A program made the position numbers and the translations under genes. Source: a virus. Taken from it: DNA of 48,996 nucleotides. This document shows, in pieces, positions 38,630-47,528 of this stretch (its first letter is position 1; every line of letters starts with the position of its first letter). The notes under the pieces were generated by a model, which saw only the letters and a program-made list of their open reading frames with translations, did not search any database and was not told the DNA's origin. The DNA lies in the IMG/VR virus record IMGVR_UViG_3300037873_000028, positions 1 to 48,996 of that record. One strand, given 5' to 3'.

Positions 38630-40530
38630 CCCAGCCGCTCGCGTTCGACATCATCGCCCGGGACCGGGCCTCGGATACAACCAAGCGGATCGGCAAGGGC
38701 TTCTCGAACCTGAAGGCCGGCACGGTCGGGGCGTTCGCCGGGATGTCCGCGGCGGTTACCAACTTCGCGCTCAACCAGCTCGGCAACGCCGCCCGCGCGG
38801 TCAAGCAGTTCGTGACGGACAGTATCCAGCAGTTCGCTGCCTTCGATACCAGCATGCGTGAGGTGTGGACCCTGCTGCCCGACCTGTCGGCGGCAGGGTT
38901 CGCTTCCATGCAGGACGACGTCCGGACGTTCGCCAAGGAGATGGGTGTCGCCACCACCGAGGCGGTGCCGGCCCTTTACCAGGCCATCTCGGCGGGGGTG
39001 CCGCAAGGGAGCGTGTTTGACTTCCTGACCACGGCAGCCAAGGCCAGCGTGGGCGGCGTGACCACGCTGGAGACTGCCGTCGATGGGCTGACCACTGCCA
39101 TCAACGCGTACGGGAAGGAGAACCTGTCCGCGCAGGAGGCCAGTGACATCCTGTTCACCACGATGCGGCTGGGGAAGACCAACATTGGCGAGCTTTCGGC
39201 CAACCTCTTCCAGGTGCTGCCGACGGCCGCCGCGCTGGGGATCAGCTTCGGGACCGTTGGCGCAGCACTGTCCACAATCACCACCCAGACCGGCAACACG
39301 GCGGTCAGTACGACGCAGCTGCGGCAACTGTTCGTCGAGCTGAACAAGGAAGGCGGCAAGACCGGCCAGCTGTTCGATGACCTGGCCGGCAAGAGCTTCC
39401 GTGACTTCGTCCGCGACGGCGGCTCGGTCCAGGAAGCGCTCGCGCTGATGAAGGATCACGCCGACGACAACAACACCAGCCTGTCCAACCTGTTCGGCAG
39501 CGTGGAGGCCGGCAACGCGGCGCTGGCGTTGACCAGCGAATCCGGCGCGGCCGCATTCAACTCGGCGCTGGAGGACATGCAGGATTCCGCCGGCGCGACC
39601 GATCAGGCGTTCGGCCGGATGGATGAGGGGATCGGCCGCAAGTGGGACAAGCTGCAGGTCCGCATCGATGACCTGAAGCTGCAGCTTGGCGAGAAGTTGG
39701 CGCCGGCGATCGAGGGCGTGCTGGACTTCTTCGAGCAGGCCGCGGGCGGGTCGGACGAGTTCGGCGCCGCGATGGGTCGGCTGGCCGAATCCGCCGAGGA
39801 CAACATCGGCGGCCGGGTGATGCCGGAGCTGGAGTCGTTCTCGCGGGAGTTCAGGGAATCCATGGTCGAGAACGAATCGGCACTAGGTGAGCTTGGCGCG
39901 GCTACCGGGATCGTGATGGCCGGGATGGTCGTGAACTGGCGGTTCTTCATGGGGGAGCTGCAGCGCAGCCGGGACACCACGGTCACCGTGTTCCGGGGCA
40001 TGGTTGGTATAGCGACCTTCTGGGCGGATGCCACCCTGACCTCGGCCCAGCTCGCCTTCGGCTGGATACCTGGCATCGGGGACCGGCTGCGGGATCTGCG
40101 GGGGAAGATGGAGCAGTTCCGCCGCAAGGTGAATGAGGAGCTTGACCGGATCAGCGGCCGGGTCGACATCAACGTGCACACCCGGTACACGACCAGCGGG
40201 GCACCACCCACGGCGGTCGGCAGCGGCAGCCGCAGCGTGTTCTTCGGCCAGCACGGCGGCGAGGTGCCCGGCCCGTTCACCGGCGTCGACCGGGTGCCGG
40301 CGATGCTGACCGCTGGCGAGTGGGTGGTGGACCGGCCGACGGCGCAGGCGAACCGGGGGCTGCTGGCCAATCTCAGCCCTGGCGGTGGCGGGTCGTCCGG
40401 CCGGGACCGCCTGGTGCTGGAGGTGCGCTCGGGCGGTACGGCCATGGACGACATGCTTGTGGAGGTGCTTACTCGCGCTATCTCTGCTCGTGGTGGCGTC
40501 ACCGCCGTCCTTGGCCCCGGGGTCGTGTGA
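38626..40530 (+). CDS. Tape measure protein (634 aa)
   Basis: Position, length and helical composition. EAVPALYQAISAGVPQG matches the TP901-type core motif. Confidence 0.9.
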   Translation: MTQPLAFDIIARDRASDTTKRIGKGFSNLKAGTVGAFAGMSAAVTNFALNQLGNAARAVKQFVTDSIQQFAAFDTSMREVWTLLPDLSAAGFASMQDDVRTFAKEMGVATTEAVPALYQAISAGVPQGSVFDFLTTAAKASVGGVTTLETAVDGLTTAINAYGKENLSAQEASDILFTTMRLGKTNIGELSANLFQVLPTAAALGISFGTVGAALSTITTQTGNTAVSTTQLRQLFVELNKEGGKTGQLFDDLAGKSFRDFVRDGGSVQEALALMKDHADDNNTSLSNLFGSVEAGNAALALTSESGAAAFNSALEDMQDSAGATDQAFGRMDEGIGRKWDKLQVRIDDLKLQLGEKLAPAIEGVLDFFEQAAGGSDEFGAAMGRLAESAEDNIGGRVMPELESFSREFRESMVENESALGELGAATGIVMAGMVVNWRFFMGELQRSRDTTVTVFRGMVGIATFWADATLTSAQLAFGWIPGIGDRLRDLRGKMEQFRRKVNEELDRISGRVDINVHTRYTTSGAPPTAVGSGSRSVFFGQHGGEVPGPFTGVDRVPAMLTAGEWVVDRPTAQANRGLLANLSPGGGGSSGRDRLVLEVRSGGTAMDDMLVEVLTRAISARGGVTAVLGPGVV

Positions 40531-40531
40531 G

Positions 40532-42733
40532 ATGGCCGTCCACGCCGTCACACTGCAGCTGGAGTACGGCGGTGGCGTGGTGGACCATACCGCCGAGCTG
40601 CTGAACAGCTACGGCGTCCATATCACCCGTGGGGCTCAGGACTGGGTGGCGGAGACCCCGCCGTCGACCGCCCGGTTCGCGCTCAAGGGGTGGCGGTTCG
40701 CCCCGGGCAATGTCGGCAGCGACCTGTTCGGGCTGGTGGGCGAGGGAACCCCGGTGCGGATCATCGTGAGCACGGATGGCGCCACGGCGGACACCCGGTT
40801 CACCGGCGAGATCGTGCAGCGGACCGCCCGGCACGTCGACAAGCGGGACAGTGACGACGTGCGGCTGGTGGAGATCGAAGCGAAAGACACGACCCACCGG
40901 CTCGCCCGGGGAGAGCCGCTGGACGATGCGGTGGCCCGGTTCGCCCGGCTGAACGGGGCGATCGGGTACTGGCCGTTGGATGACCCGCCTGGCACGACTT
41001 CCGCCAGAGCCGTTGCGGGACGACCCCTGCGAGCGCAGAACCACGCAGGGGTAACCGGCTCGGGCGAACAGCATCGGGTTGCGATCCAATGGCAGGCCGC
41101 AGACCTGGCGCCATGGCTGGAGACAGCGCCGATACTCGCGCACCTCGCCGTCGCGGATGGTGTGGGCACGATCCACTTATCGCCGTCGGTCAGCGGCGCC
41201 CTTGACACGCCCAGCAGCCCCACCGATCTGGCTATAGACCTGGCGTTGCGGGGTCACACCACTGCCGCGCCACCGGCGTTCAGTTTCCGTGATGACGCGG
41301 CGGACATCTCGGTACTGTTTGGGTCGCCTCTGGACGACGTGGGCACGCTAACCGTTGATCTGTTTCAGGGTTTCGGCGCGGCCGATGAGAGTTGGGGGCC
41401 GTTCGACGTCCCACAACTGTACGAAGTGGACACGTTTCACCACCTGCGGATCCACTTCGACGACGACGGTGGCGATCTTCGCTGGCGGCTGTGGATAGAT
41501 GGCATCCTGATCGCCTCGGAAACCAGTGCCAGTTTTGCCCCGCCACGGTGGGACTCTTTCAGCGTGCGATCCTCCACCCTTGTCGACCTGCGTGGCGATG
41601 CGATCGTGGTCGGGCGTATCGCCGCCTGGTCGGGCGCCGTTCCCACGGTGGCCGACACCTTCGCCGCCTACTCCGGCCACGCCGGGGAGCACGCTGGCCG
41701 GCGGATCGAGCGGCTCTGCTCGGAGGAGACCATCCCGCTGTCCACTTTGGGGGACCGTGACGACACCCAGCCGATGGGGCCTCAGCATCCGGGGACCGCG
41801 CTGTCGCTGCTGCGTGAGGCGGCGGCGACCGACCACGGGATCCTGACCGGCCGCCAGGACAACCCGGGCGTGTTCGTGAGGTTCTTGCGGAATCTGTACA
41901 ACCAGACCCCGACGCTGCAGCTCTCGCGGGTCGGTGACCCGCTTGAGGTGCTCGCCGGCTGGCAACACCTGACCAACGACGTGACGGTCACCGACCGGCA
42001 GGGCGGCACCGCTAACGCGGTGCTGCTCGCTGGGCCGGGCAACGTCTCGGACCCGGCCGACGACCCGGAGGGTATCGGCCGGTGGCGCGGGCCACCCCGG
42101 GCGGTGAACGTGGCATCGCCGGTGCTGCTGGGCGACCATGCCGGTTGGCTGCTGCTGCAGGGCACCCAGATAGGGCAGCGGCTGGTCCGGCTCACGGTGG
42201 ACCTGGACCGTAACCCTGAGCTGGCGAACGCGGTCCGGCTGACCGCGCTGGGCTCGCGGGTGACGGTCGACGGCCTGCCGCCCACCCTGACCCCGGACCG
42301 GGCTGACACGCTCGCCATGGGCTGGACCGAGACGATCCAGTCGCGCCGCCGGAAGATCACCTACCTGACCGCGCCGGCGCAGCCGCACACCGTGGGAGAG
42401 TACGCCGGCGCGACGGAGGAGCCGGACCCGGACGAGCCGAAGCGGTACTCCCCTACCGACTCCCGGGTGGACGCCCCTTTCGACGCGGGCACCGACACGG
42501 CATTGATGGTCGAGGACCAGACCGGCGGCAACGACCTGTGGTCACAGACCGCGGACTTCCCGTTCGACGTCAAGGCCCGGGGGGTGCGGCTGCGGGTGAC
42601 CGCGGTCGGCTCGCCCACCGGGGCGGTCCAGACGTTGACCGTCCAGCAGACCCCGGTGAACGGGGTGACCGGGGTGGCCATCGCCGCCGGGGAACGGGTG
42701 GAGCTGTGGCAGCCCGCCCGGTACGGGTTGTGA
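40532..42733 (+). CDS. Minor tail protein with a distal-tail (Dit)-like N-terminus (733 aa)
   Basis: Trimmed to the ATG at 40532. Immediately follows the tape measure. N-terminal TLQLEYGGGVVDHTAELLNSYGVHITRG resembles the siphovirus tail family. Confidence 0.7.
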   Translation: MAVHAVTLQLEYGGGVVDHTAELLNSYGVHITRGAQDWVAETPPSTARFALKGWRFAPGNVGSDLFGLVGEGTPVRIIVSTDGATADTRFTGEIVQRTARHVDKRDSDDVRLVEIEAKDTTHRLARGEPLDDAVARFARLNGAIGYWPLDDPPGTTSARAVAGRPLRAQNHAGVTGSGEQHRVAIQWQAADLAPWLETAPILAHLAVADGVGTIHLSPSVSGALDTPSSPTDLAIDLALRGHTTAAPPAFSFRDDAADISVLFGSPLDDVGTLTVDLFQGFGAADESWGPFDVPQLYEVDTFHHLRIHFDDDGGDLRWRLWIDGILIASETSASFAPPRWDSFSVRSSTLVDLRGDAIVVGRIAAWSGAVPTVADTFAAYSGHAGEHAGRRIERLCSEETIPLSTLGDRDDTQPMGPQHPGTALSLLREAAATDHGILTGRQDNPGVFVRFLRNLYNQTPTLQLSRVGDPLEVLAGWQHLTNDVTVTDRQGGTANAVLLAGPGNVSDPADDPEGIGRWRGPPRAVNVASPVLLGDHAGWLLLQGTQIGQRLVRLTVDLDRNPELANAVRLTALGSRVTVDGLPPTLTPDRADTLAMGWTETIQSRRRKITYLTAPAQPHTVGEYAGATEEPDPDEPKRYSPTDSRVDAPFDAGTDTALMVEDQTGGNDLWSQTADFPFDVKARGVRLRVTAVGSPTGAVQTLTVQQTPVNGVTGVAIAAGERVELWQPARYGL

Positions 42734-42742
42734 GGAGAGACG

Positions 42743-43186
42743 ATGCCGCAGGCTGGTGACACGATCCGGGCGCTGGACTTCCCACCCGCCGTGAGTGTCA
42801 GCAATGCCACCGACGAGGGCGCATTCAGCAACACGGTCTACGAGCCGGGAGGCACCCCGGTCGGGGTCGTGTTCATCGCGCCGACCAGCGGCAAGGCCGA
42901 GGTGACCTGGTACGCCCGCGGTGAGTCGAACTCGGCCGGTGTGTCCATGGCCGTCTCGGTAGGCGTCCGAACCGGCGCGACCATCGGCGCCGGCACATCG
43001 GTGGTGGCCGCCAACGACGTGCGCTCACTGGTCTTCGACGTCCACCGCGACGGCAAGGACATGTCGATTCCGGTGGAGAATCTGGTCGCCGGCAACCAGT
43101 ACAACGCGCAGATCGAGTTCAAGATGCTGTCCGCCGGCAACGGAGACATCTTCGACCGGTCGATCACAGTCAAGCCGCTGAGCTGA
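42743..43186 (+). CDS. Minor tail / hypothetical protein (147 aa)
   Basis: ATG after GAGGAGAG. Beta-rich composition, within the tail module. Confidence 0.55.
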   Translation: MPQAGDTIRALDFPPAVSVSNATDEGAFSNTVYEPGGTPVGVVFIAPTSGKAEVTWYARGESNSAGVSMAVSVGVRTGATIGAGTSVVAANDVRSLVFDVHRDGKDMSIPVENLVAGNQYNAQIEFKMLSAGNGDIFDRSITVKPLS

Positions 43187-43198
43187 GGAGGTGAGCTG

Positions 43199-44104
43199 GT
43201 GCCGACCTACGCCGAGCTGCAGACCGAGTCATGGTGGGGCCGGGAGATCGTGCCGGACCCGCTGCGTGGGCTGGGTGAGCGGTTGTGCCGGGCCTACGGC
43301 CGGCCGCTGAACGCCGCCGGCACCAAGGGCGACAACGTGCACCTGTCCGGCGCCCACCGCTCACAGGAGTGGATCCTGAACAGCCGCTTCTGCACCCGCC
43401 GCACCTACACCGTCCAGAGCGGGCTGACCACGGCCCAGTTGCGGTACATCGCCGGGCTGGACTTCAACCCGGGCTCTACCGCGCGGATGATCGAGATCTG
43501 CTCCCGGTTGGACCGGCCGGTCCGCGCCGGCACCCTGGAGGTGGTCCGGGAGTGGTACGGCAACCTGGACGGTGACACCAGGGTGGACGGGTTCAACAAC
43601 ATCCTCAACCGGGCCGCCACATCCGACGCGTCCCATTTGTGGCACCTCCATGTCACTTTGGACCGCCGGTTGGTGGCCGACGCGGGGGCGATGCGGCTGG
43701 TCGGGGACGTGCTACTCGGACAGACGACAGGAGGGGACATGCTCCCAGAACTGGGCGACCAGGGACCCGTGGTGGAGTACTGGCAGCGGATGCTGAAGCT
43801 GGCCGGCTACGACCCGGGGCCGGTCGACGGGGACTACGGCCCGGCCACGAAGGCGGCTGCCGACGGGTTCCGCGCCGACCACGACCTCGGCGGGTCCAAC
43901 TCCATCACGCCGTGGATGGCCACCGCGATCCAGTCCGAGGTGTTCGCCGGGAAGGCCGGCCCGCCGGGTCCGCCCGGACCGGCGGGTGCCGCCGGCAAGC
44001 CGGGGGTCAAGGGTGACCGGGGCGAGCCCGGCCCGGCCGGGCCGGCGGGACCCACCCCGACCGAGGTGACGTTCGCCGGCATCGTGACCAAGACGACGGC
44101 ATGA
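43199..44104 (+). CDS. Putative cell-wall hydrolase/lysin with a PG_binding_1 domain and a collagen-like C-terminus (301 aa)
   Basis: GTG 7 nt after GAGGAGG. GPVVEYWQRMLKLAGYDPGPVDGDYGPATKAAADGFR is the PG-binding repeat. Twelve G-X-Y triplets lie at 43949-44056. The N-terminal His/Asp-containing domain (VHLSGAHRS...SHLWHLHV) is possibly a metallopeptidase. Confidence 0.55.
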   Translation: MPTYAELQTESWWGREIVPDPLRGLGERLCRAYGRPLNAAGTKGDNVHLSGAHRSQEWILNSRFCTRRTYTVQSGLTTAQLRYIAGLDFNPGSTARMIEICSRLDRPVRAGTLEVVREWYGNLDGDTRVDGFNNILNRAATSDASHLWHLHVTLDRRLVADAGAMRLVGDVLLGQTTGGDMLPELGDQGPVVEYWQRMLKLAGYDPGPVDGDYGPATKAAADGFRADHDLGGSNSITPWMATAIQSEVFAGKAGPPGPPGPAGAAGKPGVKGDRGEPGPAGPAGPTPTEVTFAGIVTKTTA

Positions 44105-44111
44105 CCCGGAG

Positions 44112-44321
44112 ATGACCGATGTCCAAGGGTCAGGCCGATGGGTGAGCCGGTCCATACGGGAGACCGCCGTTGTCACGGTGGTGCTCGGGCTGGCCGTGTG
44201 GGAGGTCATCCTCGGCGGGGCGCGGCCGGCGGTGCTCAGCTTCCTGGGCGCGATCCTGCTCAGCCCTGTGGTGATGGCCCTCGATGAGGCGAGGAGACGG
44301 CGTAATGGCGATCCTGACTAG
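44112..44321 (+). CDS. Holin-like small membrane protein (69 aa, two TM)
   Basis: AVVTVVLGLAVWEVILGG and VLSFLGAILLSPVVMAL, with a charged C-terminus. Position is after the lysin. Confidence 0.5.
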   Translation: MTDVQGSGRWVSRSIRETAVVTVVLGLAVWEVILGGARPAVLSFLGAILLSPVVMALDEARRRRNGDPD

Positions 44322-44403
44322 GCGCTACCCGCTGACCGTCATGTACCTGGCGTCGGTGGCGACGGTGTTCGCGATTCTCTGGCTGGCCGGGCTGGTCCCG
44401 TGA
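44305..44403 (+). CDS. Possible 32-aa membrane peptide
   Basis: Hand-translated: MAILTRRYPLTVMYLASVATVFAILWLAGLVP. GAGGAG lies upstream and there is a GTGA overlap with the next gene. Confidence 0.3.
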   Translation: MAILTRRYPLTVMYLASVATVFAILWLAGLVP

Positions 44404-44756
44404 CCCGCCGCGTAGTCGACTGGCTGCGTGACCGGCCGTACACGGTCATGCTGCTGATGCTGGCGCTCGTGTTCGTACCCGGTTTCGTACGGGTGGAGGG
44501 CCTGGCCCGGCAGCAGGCCGAGATCGTCGAATGCACGCAGGCGTGGGGGGACGCGACGGTGGCGCGGTCCAACGTGCTAGGCGGGTTGGCCGGGGACCGC
44601 ACGGACGCGCTGGACCGGCTGGTGCGGGCGGTCGCCAGCCAGGATGAGGAGCAGTTCGCGATGGCGCTGGCCGCCTACCTGGCCGCGAGCGATGCGTACC
44701 GGGACGCGCTGGTGGCCAACCCGGTGCCGGAGCCGCCGAGCCTACGGTGCGGCTGA
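44400..44756 (+). CDS. Membrane-anchored protein (118 aa), lysis-module candidate
   Basis: N-terminal TM segment YTVMLLMLALVFVPGFV followed by a helical domain. Confidence 0.55.
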   Translation: MTRRVVDWLRDRPYTVMLLMLALVFVPGFVRVEGLARQQAEIVECTQAWGDATVARSNVLGGLAGDRTDALDRLVRAVASQDEEQFAMALAAYLAASDAYRDALVANPVPEPPSLRCG

Positions 44757-44772
44757 GCGAGAGGATGAGGAC

Positions 44773-45000
44773 ATGAGACGGATGCGGAAGCTGGTCGCGG
44801 CGATCCTCGGTGGGCTGACCGCCACCGCGGTGGTTGCGGTCGCACGGATGGCCGGGGTGGAGCTGGAGCCGGAGCTGGCCGGGCTGGTCGTGCTGGTCGC
44901 GGCGTCACTGTCGACCTACCTGGCACCAGCCAACGAGGCGACCGAGCTCCGGGGCATGGCGGACCGGGCGGCCAGGCAGGAACGGGAGGCGCCACGGTGA
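44773..45000 (+). CDS. Small membrane protein (75 aa)
   Basis: Trimmed to the ATG at 44773. Contains LVAAILGGLTATAVVAV and LAGLVVLVAASL. Confidence 0.5.
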   Translation: MRRMRKLVAAILGGLTATAVVAVARMAGVELEPELAGLVVLVAASLSTYLAPANEATELRGMADRAARQEREAPR

Positions 45001-45302
45001 GCAGGCGCCGCGACCCGGGCTGGATTCGGCGCTGGTGGCCGATCTTCACCGTGCTGCTCGCACTGCTGGTCGTGGTCGGGTTCGGCGGACCGGAGACGGT
45101 GGCCGTCGTGGACCCCGGGTCCGGCGGCAGCTACACCGAGAGCCTGCGGCAGTGGCTGGGCACCGAGGACGGCGGCACCTCGCCGATCTTCTGGACGGTG
45201 ACCGGTGTGCTGGTCGCCGCCGGTCTGACGGTCGGGGTATGGCTGCCCGTTCACCTCGTAAGGGGCTGGCCGTGGGAGAAGCGTCGGCCGCGCGCGAGAT
45301 AA
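44997..45302 (+). CDS. Membrane protein (101 aa, two TM)
   Basis: GTGA overlap. Contains WWPIFTVLLALLVVVGF and IFWTVTGVLVAAGLTVGVWL. Confidence 0.55.
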   Translation: MSRRRDPGWIRRWWPIFTVLLALLVVVGFGGPETVAVVDPGSGGSYTESLRQWLGTEDGGTSPIFWTVTGVLVAAGLTVGVWLPVHLVRGWPWEKRRPRAR

Positions 45303-45328
45303 TGGGACCTTGAGCAGAGGAGAGCAGC

Positions 45329-45544
45329 ATGCGTAAGTTGATCATCATCGCGGCGCTGGTCGCCGCCGGCGTCGGCGCCGCGGCCAGCCCGGCCCAGGCC
45401 GACCCGATCACCTGCCCACCCGGGCAGGAGGCCACGCTCAACCCCAGCCAGGGCGGTTGGGTGTGCGTGAACCAGGGCGGTCACACCAACGAGTCGGAAG
45501 ACCCGAAGAACCCGAACAAGGACAAGGGCGACTTCCGGCCCTGA
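45329..45544 (+). CDS. Small secreted protein with a signal peptide (71 aa)
   Basis: MRKLIIIAALVAAGVGAAASPAQA, then CPPGQ...WVC. ATG after AGAGGAGAG. Confidence 0.6.
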   Translation: MRKLIIIAALVAAGVGAAASPAQADPITCPPGQEATLNPSQGGWVCVNQGGHTNESEDPKNPNKDKGDFRP

Positions 45545-45556
45545 ACCGAAGAACAT

Positions 45557-45594
45557 AAGGAGCCCTCCCGGGTGGTTGCCCGGGAGGGCTCCTT
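45557..45594. terminator. Bidirectional terminator hairpin between convergent genes
   Basis: Perfect 16-bp stem, AAGGAGCCCTCCCGGG (45557-72) / CCCGGGAGGGCTCCTT (45579-94), with a 6-nt loop and TT after the stem. Confidence 0.75.
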
Positions 45595-45609
45595 CGTCAT
45601 GCCCGGCGG

Positions 45610-46164
45610 TCAGAGTTCCGACACGTCAGCGATCTCCACACCCAGCTCCACATCGGAAGCTGTGCTGATCGACTCCAGCTCCTCCCTGGAGTACTGGTCG
45701 CCGGTCACGGTCAGCGTGTTGATGTACGAGCTCTCGCCGCCGCTGATCTCGTAGGTCACCTCGTATGTGATCGCCGGGTCGAGGTCCCCGCCGGTGTGGA
45801 CGTAGGCCAGCTCGATCCTGAAGTCGATCAGGCAGCCGGCCGAGCCGAAGCACTCCTTCGACAGGGTCTTCACCGTCAGCTCGAAGTCCTCGGCGTCCGG
45901 CTCGTGGTACAGCGCGTCGGGTTCGTCGGCCGGCTCACCGTCGCCGATCGGCTCGGCAGTCTCCGGCCGGATGTCGAGGCCGGGATCATCCGTGTCGACA
46001 CCGGCGATGCCGACCACGGCGAGGATCCCGCCGCCGATGCAGCACAGGGCGACCAGGGTGATGCTGATCGCGATCAGCCAGGTGGGGGCGGTGAGCTTGT
46101 GCTTGGGCGCCTTGACCGGCGGCTGGCTGTGGGCCGGCTGCGGGTCGGGCTGCTGGTAGGTCAT
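45610..46164 (-). CDS. Accessory operon gene 5: membrane-anchored protein with an acidic extracytoplasmic domain (184 aa)
   Basis: Trimmed to the ATG at 46164. Pro/Gln-rich N-terminus, TM segment WLIAISITLVALCCIGGGILAVVGIAGV, and a C-terminal beta-rich domain with CFGSAGC. Confidence 0.65.
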   Translation of the reverse strand: MTYQQPDPQPAHSQPPVKAPKHKLTAPTWLIAISITLVALCCIGGGILAVVGIAGVDTDDPGLDIRPETAEPIGDGEPADEPDALYHEPDAEDFELTVKTLSKECFGSAGCLIDFRIELAYVHTGGDLDPAITYEVTYEISGGESSYINTLTVTGDQYSREELESISTASDVELGVEIADVSEL

Positions 46165-46249
46165 GGCTATTCTGCTCTCTGGTCGGGTGGCGGGTCTGTT
46201 CCGCCACTCGGCCCCCGCCGCGTGATGAGGCGGTTGGGGCCGGGCGGCG

Positions 46250-46582
46250 TCAGGCGGTGCGCTCGACCGGCCGCCGCTGGACCAGCGGGCCGAGCCCCGG
46301 CGCGCGTAGCCCTCGGAAGCTCTCACTCCAGTGGATGGCCAGCTCCGGGACACAGTGACGGAGTCCCGGCCCGGCCTCGACGACCAGGTACAGCCGGCGG
46401 GGGCCGGGACGTACAGGGTGCCCACCCGCGTCGATGAGGTCCGCCCGGCCGCGGCGTCGGGGTAGCCGGATGTCGACGACCAGCCGGCGCGAGTGCCAGA
46501 ACAGCGTCTGTATGCCCTCTCGCACGATGAGGACACTCTGCCATCCGGCGTAGCGCCCGGTTGCGGGCCGTAGTCGCTTCAT
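46250..46582 (-). CDS. Accessory operon gene 4: basic hypothetical protein (110 aa)
   Basis: ATG at 46582 with AAGGAG 7 nt upstream on the minus strand. Confidence 0.55.
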   Translation of the reverse strand: MKRLRPATGRYAGWQSVLIVREGIQTLFWHSRRLVVDIRLPRRRGRADLIDAGGHPVRPGPRRLYLVVEAGPGLRHCVPELAIHWSESFRGLRAPGLGPLVQRRPVERTA

Positions 46583-46604
46583 GATCGTCTCCTTCGATTC
46601 GGCG

Positions 46605-46862
46605 TCAGGGCCACAGCTCGGTGGGTCCCTCTTCCTGTTCCTGCCGGCGCCCCTCCCGGAGCATCTCGCGTACACCCTCCCAGTACGCGGCCAGCTCCCA
46701 GGCGGCGTAGTCCGGGACGCTCCAGCCCGCCCGGACCGCCGTGGTCAGCTCGTCCTGCCACAGGTGCCAGTCGGCGCAGGCACCTGTGTGCATGCTCGGC
46801 GGGTGGCGGATCGGCCGGCCCAGGTTGTCCAGGGCGCCGGACCCGCAGCGGCGCCGGTTCAC
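46605..46862 (-). CDS. Accessory operon gene 3: hypothetical protein (85 aa)
   Basis: GTG at 46862 in a GTGA overlap with the upstream gene's stop. The C-terminal half is helical and Trp-rich. Confidence 0.45.
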   Translation of the reverse strand: MNRRRCGSGALDNLGRPIRHPPSMHTGACADWHLWQDELTTAVRAGWSVPDYAAWELAAYWEGVREMLREGRRQEQEEGPTELWP

Positions 46863-47056
46863 TCTGGCCCGCCGGCCACGAACACCGAACGGCCGTCGAG
46901 CTCGAAGACGCCGGTCTCGCCGGCGGCTAGGGAGCTAGCGTGCTCGGCGGCGGTGGCCGGCCGGATCGGCTCGCCGGTGCGGTAGTCGTTCAGGGTGCCG
47001 TAGTCGGCGACGCTATGCTTCTGGATGTTGATATTGACGTTGATACGGTCGTCCAT
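46859..47056 (-). CDS. Accessory operon gene 2: hypothetical protein (65 aa)
   Basis: ATG at 47056 with AAGGAG upstream. MDDRINVNINIQKHSVADYG... Confidence 0.55.
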   Translation of the reverse strand: MDDRINVNINIQKHSVADYGTLNDYRTGEPIRPATAAEHASSLAAGETGVFELDGRSVFVAGGPE

Positions 47057-47135
47057 GGTCAACTCCTTCGGTGGTGGTGTCTGCCAGTGTGGCCGACTCG
47101 GCACGGCCCCGGGGTCCGGGGCCGCACCGGGCTGG

Positions 47136-47366
47136 TCAGTTCGTTGGTCCGATCAGCGCTGCCCATAGGGTCATCCCGCCAACCCCCTTGTCCAGGAGCC
47201 AATCGCCGGAGCGGGTGAACCCGTTGGTCTTGAGTACCTGGTCTGCGCTAGCCAGCGTGGCCGGCCGGTTGTCGACGAACACCGGGCCGGAGATGCCAGC
47301 GGGGCGGTCCGCGACAACGGTCAGGCCGTCGATGTCAATGAACACCTGATAGGTGATGCTGTCCAT
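47136..47366 (-). CDS. Accessory operon gene 1: hypothetical protein (76 aa)
   Basis: ATG at 47366 with GAAGGGA upstream. A GC hairpin (47105-47123) follows. Confidence 0.55.
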   Translation of the reverse strand: MDSITYQVFIDIDGLTVVADRPAGISGPVFVDNRPATLASADQVLKTNGFTRSGDWLLDKGVGGMTLWAALIGPTN

Positions 47367-47400
47367 TCTGAGTTCCCTTCGGGGTGCTGGCGTGTGGACC

Positions 47401-47528
47401 TGCATCCACATGGCCGGCCCGTCGGAGGGCTCTCCTCGCCGGTGGCTTCGGCATGCGCCCCACCCGCCTGAGCCTGGAGGGGCAGCCACCACCGGTTCAC
47501 GGGACGGCGAGCCGGCCATGTGGGTGCA
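47401..47528. repeat. 18-bp long-range inverted repeat enclosing 92 nt
   Basis: tgcatccacatggccggc (47401-18) against gccggccatgtgggtgca (47511-28) gives 17 Watson-Crick pairs plus one T/G position. The nested CCGGTGG (47439-45) pairs with CCACCGG (47489-95). Confidence 0.8.

Noticed and set aside
32061-38957. Long minus-strand ORFs across the structural region (32061..33386, 33954..35147, 36134..37183, 37773..38957)
   Set aside because: Same reasoning. They are low-complexity antisense shadows of well-supported + strand structural genes.
47020-47056. AT-richer ATCAAC-type repeats (gatattgacgttgata region) as a regulatory element
   Set aside because: They lie in frame at the start of accessory gene 2 and encode RINVNINIQ. 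There is no independent evidence for a DNA-level role.
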